From contig CANPWX010000002.1 of the NCBI GenBank assembly GCA_947585065.1, positions 1-43,002 on the forward strand: a stretch of 43,002 bases of DNA, written 5' to 3'. Numbering within the stretch: the first letter of the stretch is position 1; each line of letters begins with the position of its first letter. Below, piece after piece: positions 1 through 8,398 of this stretch. Below the pieces are notes generated by a model. The model did not search any database. It saw only the letters and a program-made list of their open reading frames with translations, and was not told the origin of the DNA. This stretch comes from an uncultured Bacilli bacterium (lineage in GTDB: Bacteria > Bacillota_I > Bacilli_A > RF39 > UBA660). The position numbers and the translations under genes were made by a program.

Positions 1-189
1 ATTACTACCACCCAGGCATACAATTTTGAAAGAAGTAATTCTACAGGTGATTGGTGTAAAAGTAGAAATACTAATGAAATTTGGTGTAACGATAAAGTTT
101 CACGGAATATTACTTGGAAGGGAAATATAGCACTCATGTATCCATCGGAAGTTGGAATGCAAATGTACAGTCAAATTTCAAAACTTTAG
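1..189 (+). pseudogene. 5' portion of a host ORF split by the element (host DNA to ~149, then reads into element DNA to TAG at 187-189)
   Basis: Frame 1 is open from the window edge: ...SRNITWKGNIALMYPS then EVGMQMYSQISKL*. It joins in frame to DYGYATSGNSAS... at 42904 if 150-42905 is removed. Confidence 0.6.
139..160. other. attL junction (crossover dinucleotide GA at 148-149)
   Basis: tatccat-cg-GA-agttgga. The host half-site TATCCAT (139-145) is the exact inverted partner of ATGGATA at 42908-42914. Confidence 0.6.
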
Positions 190-430
190 AATTAAGTAAT
201 ATTACTTACAATATATTAGACAAAAAGTATTTTAAAACACTGGGACTAGTAGAAATGAATGATATACACTTATCTATTGCAAGCATAATATAAATTGATC
301 ATCGAGTTTAAAGTTTAATAAAAATATAATAAAGTTTTGCTGACAGCCAATTTGTTTTAAAAAAAAAAAAGAAATATATGGTATAATTTAAAACACAGTT
401 ACATATTAAAAAAAGAAAGAGTGTTCAACT

Positions 431-1096
431 ATGAATAAAAAGAAATATCTAAAAAAAATTGGTATAACTATTGTAATACTAAGTGTAATAGTACTATTAA
501 TTATTTTTTTGAATTATACTTTAAAATCCAAAACAAAAATTCTTAAATTAGGTCATACTATAGATAGTACTTTATATAACACAAATTATAAAACAAAAGA
601 TATAGAATCCTATTATATAAATTTTCCTGAAACAAATTTACAATATTATAATCTTCAATCTGAAATATCTGAATATGTTGCTCTCTTAAAAGAAGAATTA
701 AATGTAACAATAGACAATCATTGGAAATTTTTCATTCATTATTATAATACAGATAAAGAAAACGGTTTAATACAGTTTACCTACTGGATTGGAGATGAAA
801 TAGAAACATCTAAGATTATCATTGGTTTTATTGATAATCATCATGTCAACACCTTATACTATTATTATTTGGATAAAGAAGTAAACGAAAATGAATTATT
901 ACAAACATTATCAAATTTCAAAAATAATACTCGACAAGAAAAATATAATTTATCTAAAAATCAAAAATATCTTCATGAAGAAATTAAGTATCATTTTAAC
1001 TACGAAAATAATAGTTTATTATATACGTATAACTTGTTTTTTGAAGAAAATGGTGTTATTAACAACGATATAGGATGTCAATATCTAGTAAATTAA
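431..1096 (+). CDS. membrane-anchored protein of unknown function
   Basis: N-terminal KKK plus hydrophobic helix (IGITIVILSVIVLLIIFL). TG-n-TATAAT extended -10 at ~378-390. 221 aa. Confidence 0.55.
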   Translation: MNKKKYLKKIGITIVILSVIVLLIIFLNYTLKSKTKILKLGHTIDSTLYNTNYKTKDIESYYINFPETNLQYYNLQSEISEYVALLKEELNVTIDNHWKFFIHYYNTDKENGLIQFTYWIGDEIETSKIIIGFIDNHHVNTLYYYYLDKEVNENELLQTLSNFKNNTRQEKYNLSKNQKYLHEEIKYHFNYENNSLLYTYNLFFEENGVINNDIGCQYLVN

Positions 1097-1280
1097 TAGT
1101 TTTCTATTTACCATTTTATTTAATAATCGATTATGAAATTTTGTAATATATTATATACTTTTTTTAATTAAATAAAATTAAGAAAAGCAAAAAAATTGAG
1201 TACTATATGAACTGTACCCAACTTTTTTATTTGATTATACTATTTACAATATAAAATATCAGAAAGTGAATCTCAATCTA

Positions 1281-1625
1281 TTATGAAATATAATCTATTA
1301 ATTCTATACCTTGAACAAAGGTAATATATTCAGAATTAACAACATTTTTCTTAAACTCCTCTTGTTGTTCTTTGCTATTATCCATTAATCCAACAACTAC
1401 TGTCATATTGGTCAAATCAATATAGCAAAAACTCAAACCATAATTGTTTATTTTAGATTTTTCAGATTGATAATATTCTCGAATTGTTTGTTGAACACTT
1501 TCAAGATCATCTTTGACAACTACAGAGTTATCTTGTTCATTCACAATAGAATCTTCTTTTTTGCACCCACTAAATCCTAGTAAGAAAAATATACTTATGA
1601 AAAATATAAATAATCTTTTAAACAT
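1281..1625 (-). CDS. small lipoprotein, paralog of 6732-7061
   Basis: Signal peptide with lipobox LLGFSGC. AGGAGG RBS. C-terminal half is ~70% identical to the 6732-7061 product (YYQSEK...DLTNM.VVVGLMDNSKE...FKKNVV.SEYITFVQG). Confidence 0.75.
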   Translation of the reverse strand: MFKRLFIFFISIFFLLGFSGCKKEDSIVNEQDNSVVVKDDLESVQQTIREYYQSEKSKINNYGLSFCYIDLTNMTVVVGLMDNSKEQQEEFKKNVVNSEYITFVQGIELIDYIS

Positions 1626-1746
1626 ACTATTCCTCCTTTTTAAAGATTATACTAAATAAATAATTAAAAAGAAAGAGAATTTATATTTTTATATTTTATG
1701 AAACAGAAAGTGTACAGATTTATGATTAAATAATAAAATTAAAGCC

Positions 1747-1778
1747 AAAACTACGAGAAAACGTAGTTTTTATTTTTT
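1747..1778. terminator. hairpin terminator (possibly bidirectional)
   Basis: Perfect 9-bp stem aaaactacg/cgtagtttt, 6-nt loop, T-run after and A-run before. Confidence 0.5.
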
Positions 1779-1800
1779 GAAATTTATTTAAAAAATACTA

Positions 1801-1845
1801 AAAAGGTATTGATTTTTTTGACAATCAGAGTGATAAATATTTTAG
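1801..1845 (+). promoter_or_regulatory. copy A of the conserved promoter/operator motif (TTGAy-T5-GAmAAtyAGAGTGAT-wwAT)
   Basis: aaaaggtattgatttttttgacaatcagagtgataaatat aligns with 14977-15017 and 40037-40077. Confidence 0.55.
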
Positions 1846-1994
1846 TCATAAAATGAAGTTAAAGGTATCTAATTTGCATTTATTTGAATTTTATAATTAC
1901 TTTTAATCTCCTGTATGACCATTAAAATAAAATAGCTCAAAATAGCTAATGAAAGGAGAAAAAGATATGTAATAAGAAGAGAAAAAATAATTAC

Positions 1995-2447
1995 TTATTT
2001 AGTTATTTTTTGATTGTTTGTTTTACCTACTAACCAATCTATCGAAACTTTGTAATATTTAGCAAATTCGATAAGAGGGTAGGTATGTATTAAAAATTTG
2101 CCTAACTCATATTTAGAGTAATTAGATTGATCAATTTGAATTTTGTTAGCAATAAATTTTTGGATATCTTTGTTTTTCATTCGTATTTCTTTTAAATTTT
2201 TACCTAAAGTTTCTTTATCTATAATATCTGTTATCATTTCGCACTTTTTGATATTGGATAAACCACAAATATAATCCAAACTAATATTGTAGAAATTGCA
2301 AAAGGCATTTAGTTTCATTAAAGGAATTACATCAATCCCATTCTCCCAACCTGCATAAGTAGATCTGCTGATTTTTAAATAGTTTGCAAGTTCTTGTTGA
2401 GTATTATCAAAGTAAGTTCTAATCTCTTTCATTCTTTCACTTATCAT
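1995..2447 (-). CDS. XRE-family regulator with two tandem HTH domains
   Basis: QQELANYLKISRSTYAGWENG and IQKFIANKIQIDQSNYSKYELG. GAGGTG RBS. Confidence 0.8.
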   Translation of the reverse strand: MISERMKEIRTYFDNTQQELANYLKISRSTYAGWENGIDVIPLMKLNAFCNFYNISLDYICGLSNIKKCEMITDIIDKETLGKNLKEIRMKNKDIQKFIANKIQIDQSNYSKYELGKFLIHTYPLIEFAKYYKVSIDWLVGKTNNQKITK

Positions 2448-2554
2448 TCATTACACCTCACGGTATAATTTTCCCATTTATTTAAGAATTATCAGAAAAT
2501 GTGTCGGAACATTACCTAAATATGTTATAATGCTGTGTATAGGAGGTTAATAAT

Positions 2555-2908
2555 ATGAATGCTAGAAAAACTGGCATATTTATTCGAAAGTTAAGATTGC
2601 AACATAATTTGAGTAGAGAGAAGCTCGCTGATAGTATTGGTGTTTTTGAATTAACACTAGAATTATGGGAAAGAGGCATTTTAAAACCTACAATCTATGA
2701 TTTAGAAATGTTAAGTTTTGAGTTAGAATCTACCGTAAACGAATTATTAGCAGGACACGAATTAACAAATGAAAATGATGATGAAATTTTTAATTATGCT
2801 GAAGAACAAAGAAAAAAAGAAAATTTTAAAATCATGGTTAGTAGTACAATCTTTTTAATTGGATTGTTTGCATTAACAAAAAGTTTCAAAAAAAATAACT
2901 TTCGGTAA
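2555..2908 (+). CDS. XRE-type HTH protein with C-terminal membrane anchor
   Basis: LSREKLADSIGVFELTLELWERG, then hydrophobic helix MVSSTIFLIGLFALT near the C-terminus. AGGAGG RBS. Divergent from 1995-2447. Confidence 0.7.
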   Translation: MNARKTGIFIRKLRLQHNLSREKLADSIGVFELTLELWERGILKPTIYDLEMLSFELESTVNELLAGHELTNENDDEIFNYAEEQRKKENFKIMVSSTIFLIGLFALTKSFKKNNFR

Positions 2909-2917
2909 AGAAAGTTA

Positions 2918-3157
2918 TTAATCATCAATGTTTTTAAGTTTGAAATAATCTGTATCAAAAAAATCTTTTATTTCAATCTTAAAGATCTTGCAAATTTTGT
3001 AGATATTATAAGAACTAGGATTTTCTACTTTATTTGCGAGCATTGATCTTAAAGTAGTTGGAGGTATTGTAGACATTTCAGCCAGTCTGTTTGGAGAGTA
3101 ATTATACAAATCACATAACTCTAAAATTCTTTTACTAACAGCTTCTTTATATGTCAT
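2918..3157 (-). CDS. small XRE-type HTH regulator (start trimmed relative to the ORF track)
   Basis: SPNRLAEMSTIPPTTLRSMLANK. GGAGG lies 8 nt upstream of the ATG whose complement is at 3155-3157. The track start at 3256 has no RBS and overlaps the divergent gene. Confidence 0.7.
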   Translation of the reverse strand: MTYKEAVSKRILELCDLYNYSPNRLAEMSTIPPTTLRSMLANKVENPSSYNIYKICKIFKIEIKDFFDTDYFKLKNIDD

Positions 3158-3247
3158 GTAATACACCTCCAACATATTAAAAGTGTAACAAAAAGCAATA
3201 AAAAATATACGCCGATTTCGGTTGATTTTGGATAGAAAGGAGAAAAA

Positions 3248-3598
3248 ATGTATCAAAATAAAATAAGTTCAGAATATGAAAAAGATGTAAAAGGAAAGAG
3301 ATTATCAAAACTCAATGTTTTTATGAAAAAAGAAAGAGAATATGTATTATCTAATCGTTCATACGAAATAGCCCATAGAATAGTATTATGGTTAAAATAT
3401 TATGGAGAAGAAAATATATCCTCTTTGGAAGCAATAGTTGATGAATTTTGCGATGAATTTAAATATTACATGACAGAAAAAGAAAGAAAAAATATGTATT
3501 CAAAAGTAGAGGAAATTTTAATCCACAAATACAAAATAGAAATAATATCTAAAAAACCTTTGATTTTAAAATCTAAAACTAAATTAGAAAATATATAA
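3248..3598 (+). CDS. hypothetical protein
   Basis: AAGGAG RBS. 116-aa ORF in an operon-like arrangement with 3628-3903. Confidence 0.5.
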   Translation: MYQNKISSEYEKDVKGKRLSKLNVFMKKEREYVLSNRSYEIAHRIVLWLKYYGEENISSLEAIVDEFCDEFKYYMTEKERKNMYSKVEEILIHKYKIEIISKKPLILKSKTKLENI

Positions 3599-3627
3599 AA
3601 AACTCATTAGATTAGGAGGTATTTTAA

Positions 3628-3903
3628 ATGAGTTTAGATGATGAAGTAAATATTTTTATGAAAAATATTGTAAAAGTTATAATAAATCTTTGTCAAAAAA
3701 AGAAAATAACAAAAGAGGAACTGGCAAGAAAAATCCAGATCAGTGATGATGAATTAGATAATATTTTGTTTAAAAATAATAAAGAACTACAAATAAAAAC
3801 TTTAATACATATTTCAGTTGCGTTAGAAATTCCAATTAATATTTTATTAGATATAGCACAGCAAAGAACAAGAAGAGAAATAAAAAGAAAAATAATCTAT
3901 TAA
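3628..3903 (+). CDS. small XRE-type HTH regulator
   Basis: ITKEELARKIQISDDELDNILF. AGGAGG RBS. Confidence 0.65.
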   Translation: MSLDDEVNIFMKNIVKVIINLCQKKKITKEELARKIQISDDELDNILFKNNKELQIKTLIHISVALEIPINILLDIAQQRTRREIKRKIIY

Positions 3904-3908
3904 CATGA

Positions 3909-4673
3909 TTAAAATTGCTTTTTTAGAACAATGCGATGATTATTATTATCAAATTCAATATTATTTTTAGATAAATTTAATAATTTTAATAAAATAGATA
4001 CCCTGTTGGAAATAGGAATATTTTCATCTAATGCCATAAGATATAATGAAATAAATTCATCATCAGGGTTTTCCTTTTTAATTGCATTTCTGTAATCCTT
4101 ATCAAGCATAACTTTGAGAGTTTTTGTTCTTGCTACTCCAGGTAAAGCATGAGTTGAATAATATAAATCCTTAATTCTTTCTAAAGTTAAATGATAAGTG
4201 TGTATTGCATATATGTTATTGGTGGCAATCATTGAATTTAAATCATCTAAAAAATTATTTATAATTGCTATTTGTTCTTTTGCTTTTTCGATTTCCATAG
4301 GAGGCATTATTTGAGAATATAATGTTTTAATGTAATCTTGTAATAAAGCTATATTTCCTTTAGTATCTATAATAACATTTCCATAAACAAGCATAGATAC
4401 TAAAACATTACTTTGATGTGAAAATTCATAATCTGCTTTGTTATACATAGTTTTTAGAGTTTTTTCAAAATATTCTATTCGGTGATTATCGATCATCATA
4501 GAACCTCTAATTTCTTGATTTAATTTACTAAAAATAATATGTAAGTCAATATCTGAAAATTGGTTGTAGAATCCAGTTTGACTGCTACCATAAAAGACAA
4601 TTCCTTCTAAATATTCATTTTGTAAGTACCCCATTTTATCCACAAATTCATTGATAATATTTGTGAAATTCAT
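3909..4673 (-). CDS. nucleotidyltransferase-fold protein with C-terminal helical domain (ANT/Lnu/KNTase-like)
   Basis: Pol-beta-type NTase motif GIVFYGSSQTGFYNQFSDIDLHIIF (G-S...D-x-D). At 254 aa, the size and two-domain layout resemble antibiotic nucleotidyltransferases. Confidence 0.6.
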   Translation of the reverse strand: MNFTNIINEFVDKMGYLQNEYLEGIVFYGSSQTGFYNQFSDIDLHIIFSKLNQEIRGSMMIDNHRIEYFEKTLKTMYNKADYEFSHQSNVLVSMLVYGNVIIDTKGNIALLQDYIKTLYSQIMPPMEIEKAKEQIAIINNFLDDLNSMIATNNIYAIHTYHLTLERIKDLYYSTHALPGVARTKTLKVMLDKDYRNAIKKENPDDEFISLYLMALDENIPISNRVSILLKLLNLSKNNIEFDNNNHRIVLKKQF

Positions 4674-4777
4674 ATAAAATCTGCCTTTCTTTTAAGAAAG
4701 ATTATATTAAAAAGATTTATAAAAATCAATAATAAATTTTACCATATTTTTATTAATAAAACTTTTTATTTTAAAAA

Positions 4778-4806
4778 TATTGACATTTAAAATAAAAAAT
4801 ATATAA
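4778..4806 (+). promoter_or_regulatory. sigma-A-type promoter
   Basis: TTGACA (4778-4783), 16-nt spacer, then TATAAT. Confidence 0.55.
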
Positions 4807-4816
4807 TAATCTTTAA

Positions 4817-5185
4817 TGGTTGGGTGTGTTTGCCCAAGATTACTATCATACTTTATTCTTTAAGAGTGGCAAGCAAGGTACACTCTCAAATAGAGGAGGA
4901 ACATTTATAATGGATCAAAATACAGATAGGGATGTATATTATCAAAATGCTTGGTATTTGGAAAAATTTGTAGATAATAAATGGTATCGGTTAGAAGAAT
5001 TAAACAAATGAACTTTTTCTGATGGATGGTTATTTATAGAGCCTGGACCAATCGGTTTGGGATATGTGTGAGGCGATAAATATGGAGAGTTATCTAAAGT
5101 AACATATCGCCTTGTAAGACAAGCTTGTTTAGACATAAATGATAAACAAGAATATTATATTTCAGCAGTGTTTAATATTGAATAG
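4817..5185 (+). pseudogene. decayed gene for a small Ig-like/beta-sandwich domain protein: 5'-truncated, with two in-frame TGA codons
   Basis: One frame reads ...GTLSNRGGTFIMDQNTDRDVYYQNAWYLEKFVDNKWYRLEELNK-TGA(5009-5011)-TFSDGWLFIEPGPIGLGYV-TGA(5069-5071)-GDKYGELSKVTYRLVRQ...YYISAVFNIE-TAG. No signal peptide or credible N-terminus. Confidence 0.5.
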
Positions 5186-5211
5186 AATTTAAGATATTCA
5201 TAGTAAATTGA

Positions 5212-5258
5212 TTGCCAAAATGGAAAAGTTTAATATTTCCATTTTGGCAATTTTATTT
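5212..5258 (+). terminator. rho-independent terminator
   Basis: 15-bp perfect stem ttgccaaaatggaaa/tttccattttggcaa followed by TTTTATTT. Confidence 0.8.
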
Positions 5259-5306
5259 GTTCAAAATTTATGTTAAATTGAATTTGTAAATGAAAGAAAA
5301 GTTTAT

Positions 5307-5330
5307 ATCAATTTTAGACGTAAAATTGAT
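5307..5330. promoter_or_regulatory. perfect 10-bp palindrome, candidate operator upstream of the protease gene
   Basis: atcaatttta-gacg-taaaattgat. Confidence 0.4.
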
Positions 5331-5442
5331 TTGTAGTTTAAGGATCATGGTCAGTTAAAGATCGAAGAAAGGATTTAGTGATGAAAAAAAGTAGAAAAAT
5401 AATATAGAAAATATTTATAAATAAATTAAAAGGAGGAAAAAA

Positions 5443-6639
5443 ATGAAAAGAAATTTGAAAAAATTAACTTTTTTAGGTATATTGGCTGTTGCCTTTGTTT
5501 TGGGGGTTGCTTTTTATCAACGTTATTCTTCTCATCCATCACTTAATGAGAAAGAAGTTGCTTTAATTACTGCTTATGGCGATGATTATGATGCTTATTT
5601 GAAAAGAAATGCTTATGAATTGAAAATTGCACAAAAAATTCATGAAAAACTTATTAAATATGGTGATACTTTACCTAACTTTTATGGTGGTTCATATATA
5701 AGTGATGACTCATATAATTTAATTGTACAAGTTGTTAAAGATAATATTCCTAATGAATCAGATTTGGATTATGATTTATATCAAAGTATTATCAATATGG
5801 ATTCAACAATTAAAATAGAATATGTTAAAAATAGTTATGCAGAATTAAAAAAGATAAATGATCTGATAACTAACCAAGCTTTATCTAAAAGTATAGATAT
5901 TGATAAGTTTGTCGGTAATTACATTGATGTTTACAGTAATAATGTTAAAGTGGAAGTTGCAGGAGGGTTAGATACAATATCAAATGATGTAAAGAGTCAA
6001 CTTCCTAAATCTGATTTAATACAATTTGTGGCTAGTGAAAGAAAAATTGATACTTCAGAATTAAAGGCTGGTTCAGGAATAACAACTCAGGGAAAACCTG
6101 ATAGTTGTTCTTTAGGATTTAGAGCAAAATATAACGGAATGGATGGTTATATTACTGCAGGTCATTGTTTTTCAGGAGAACAAGATGCTTCTTCTGGAGG
6201 GATTGTTGTAAAAAAAATATATAGTGGTTCTGTTGATGCTGCTTTCGTTCATTTGACATCTAGTAGTTACACATTGTCTAATTCTCTTGCTTATACTTCT
6301 GGTGATATTACTTCTTTAAATGATATTGTCATTTGTCCATATTTGGAAGTTGGTACTGCCGTAGCTAAAGTTGGTGTTAAAACTCATTACACTGCTGGAA
6401 CAGTTCTTAATAACAGTTACCGTGTTACGGTTAATAATGTTAATTTTACTGACATGGTTTTAACCGATGTTTATGCTAGTGGAGGAGATAGTGGTGGACC
6501 AGTATTTATACCAACCGTTGAAGATGGTGGTGTTACGTTAATCGGAATTGTAAAAGGTGGAAATATATATAATCCTTCTTCTATGATTTTTACAAAAGAA
6601 GAAAATATTTATAGTCAATTGCGTTATGAACGTTATTAG
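5443..6639 (+). CDS. secreted S1-family serine protease, alpha-lytic/streptogrisin type, with pro-region
   Basis: N-terminal signal/anchor. CSLGFRAKYNGMDGYITAGHC (His), VDAAFVHL (Asp), GDSGGPVF (Ser). Two pro-region-like units (GGSYISDDSYNLIVQVV, GNYIDVYSNNVKVEV). AGGAGG RBS. Confidence 0.85.
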   Translation: MKRNLKKLTFLGILAVAFVLGVAFYQRYSSHPSLNEKEVALITAYGDDYDAYLKRNAYELKIAQKIHEKLIKYGDTLPNFYGGSYISDDSYNLIVQVVKDNIPNESDLDYDLYQSIINMDSTIKIEYVKNSYAELKKINDLITNQALSKSIDIDKFVGNYIDVYSNNVKVEVAGGLDTISNDVKSQLPKSDLIQFVASERKIDTSELKAGSGITTQGKPDSCSLGFRAKYNGMDGYITAGHCFSGEQDASSGGIVVKKIYSGSVDAAFVHLTSSSYTLSNSLAYTSGDITSLNDIVICPYLEVGTAVAKVGVKTHYTAGTVLNNSYRVTVNNVNFTDMVLTDVYASGGDSGGPVFIPTVEDGGVTLIGIVKGGNIYNPSSMIFTKEENIYSQLRYERY

Positions 6640-6731
6640 GGAATGTAAGGTCTGTAATGAAGTTTTTCTTTATGGACCTTTTTCTTTTAACGAAAATATG
6701 ATATAATTTTTTTGAGGAGATAGAATGTTAT

Positions 6732-7061
6732 ATGTGGAAAAAAATATTAGTATTTTTAATGATTGGAGTTACAACGGTGAGTATAGTGGGATGTAAAAAA
6801 AATAGTGTATCTGTAACAGAAGAAGATTTGGAAAAAGTATTACAAGAAATTGATAATTATTATCAATCTGAAAAATATAAAGTTGATGATTATAGTATGA
6901 GTTTTTATTATATGGATTTGACTAATATGAAAGTTGTTGTCGGATTAATGGACAATAGCAAAGAACATCGAGAAGGGTTTAAGAAAAATGTTGTTGATTC
7001 TGAATATATAACTTTTGTTCAAGGAAGAGAATTTGTTGATTTAAAAGATTATGAGTCATAA
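6732..7061 (+). CDS. small lipoprotein, paralog of 1281-1625
   Basis: Lipobox VSIVGC. Conserved C-terminal half shared with the 1281-1625 product. Confidence 0.75.
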   Translation: MWKKILVFLMIGVTTVSIVGCKKNSVSVTEEDLEKVLQEIDNYYQSEKYKVDDYSMSFYYMDLTNMKVVVGLMDNSKEHREGFKKNVVDSEYITFVQGREFVDLKDYES

Positions 7062-7226
7062 AAAAGATTATCTTTTTCTATTTGTAAATTAGCTTATTAA
7101 TATTAACCAAGCAAAGACCTGAGTAGTATAATATTCATTTTTTTGCTTTTTATGTAGGCAAGTAACACTTGCTAGTATTTTTATTAATTTTATGTTAATT
7201 TTATAATAGTTGAAAGAAGTGTTTTT

Positions 7227-8276
7227 ATGGATTATGAAAAAATATGTAATTTTATTAAAGAACTTAGGGTTGAAAAAAAATGGAGTCAAGAGAAACTAGC
7301 TTCGCTACTATATGTTAATACTTCAACAATTAATAGATGGGAAAATGGTAAGAGATACCCTAATTTAGATGATTTATATAAGTTGTCAGGAATTTTTAAC
7401 ATTTCTATTAGTGAACTTGTGGCTGGTGAAAAGATTTCTGAAAATAATAATAGTCGAATTCAAGATTCTGTATATAAATATATTAAAAATATAATCAAGC
7501 AAATGAGTAAATTTAAGTTTTTTTTAATTCTCTTTATAATACTATTTGTAGTAGTAACAATTGCTTTGTTCTGTATTTATTTTTTTGAAAATTATAAAAG
7601 TATAAGAGTGTATAATGTTTCTGGTAGCTCTGAAAACTATACTATAAATAATGGAATATTAGTTTTAACAAAAAATAAAATATATTTGCAAGTAGGCGAT
7701 ATTGAGCCTAAACCGAAAGAAATTACCTTAATTATTTTAAATAATGATGAAAATAAAATTGTTTATCAAGGAGATTATGAAAACATTATTAGTGATAGCT
7801 ATGGATATAATGCTATTTTGTCATATAATGACTTTGTGAATCAAAAACAAAATATGATAGTAAAAATTGAGAATGAAGAAATATTACTAAAATTTACTGA
7901 AGATTTTGTAAATGATAAAATTATTAATGTTAAAGATGAGAATATTGGAGAAAAAATTCAGAAAAATCAAGATGATCTAATTATTAAAGATAAGTTTATA
8001 TGCGATGAACATAATTATTGTTATTTAGAAAAAAATGGTTCTTATATAACATATAATTTAGGAATACTAAATGTTTCGGAAAAAAGCAATATTATATATA
8101 CTTATGATATTATAAATTCATTTCTCTATTATAGTGATTTCAATACCAATAAGAAATGTAATTTAAAAATTGAAAATGAAAATAGCATTGTGCCTATAGA
8201 AGGTGACTGCGATGATGCTCAAAATCTTTTCAATCAATTTAAACAAAATTATCTTGATGTATATATTAATAAATAA
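7227..8276 (+). CDS. membrane-tethered XRE-type HTH regulator with large extracytoplasmic domain
   Basis: WSQEKLASLLYVNTSTINRWENGKRYP, TM helix FKFFLILFIILFVVVTIALFCIYFF, then a ~215-aa C-terminal part of unknown fold. Confidence 0.7.
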   Translation: MDYEKICNFIKELRVEKKWSQEKLASLLYVNTSTINRWENGKRYPNLDDLYKLSGIFNISISELVAGEKISENNNSRIQDSVYKYIKNIIKQMSKFKFFLILFIILFVVVTIALFCIYFFENYKSIRVYNVSGSSENYTINNGILVLTKNKIYLQVGDIEPKPKEITLIILNNDENKIVYQGDYENIISDSYGYNAILSYNDFVNQKQNMIVKIENEEILLKFTEDFVNDKIINVKDENIGEKIQKNQDDLIIKDKFICDEHNYCYLEKNGSYITYNLGILNVSEKSNIIYTYDIINSFLYYSDFNTNKKCNLKIENENSIVPIEGDCDDAQNLFNQFKQNYLDVYINK

Positions 8277-8278
8277 GT

Positions 8279-8304
8279 ATTGCCAAATTGGCAATTTCTT
8301 TTTT
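8279..8304 (+). terminator. rho-independent terminator
   Basis: attgcca-aat-tggcaat followed by TTCTTTTTT. Confidence 0.6.
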
Positions 8305-8398
8305 AAATATACAATGAATGTGTATATAAAGAAAGCGGTGATTAAAATGTAATATAGTAATTTAAATAATAAAATCAAAAAAGGAAGGAAAAGGAACA

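Noticed and set aside
3909-4673. CD-NTase of a CBASS defence system.
   Set aside because: There is no adjacent effector, Cap2/Cap3 or other CBASS partner, and the neighbours are HTH genes. At 254 aa with a helical C-terminal domain it fits ANT/Lnu/KNTase-type enzymes better.
4820-5136. Track ORFs 4820-5011 (+) and 4942-5136 (-) as separate small genes, and a riboswitch-like fold in 4806-4909 (hairpins ttggg/cccaa and agagtg/cactct).
   Set aside because: The + ORF is the first segment of a longer decayed frame (4817-5185). The minus ORF is its shadow. The supposed leader is itself coding-derived sequence, and I recognise no riboswitch consensus in it.
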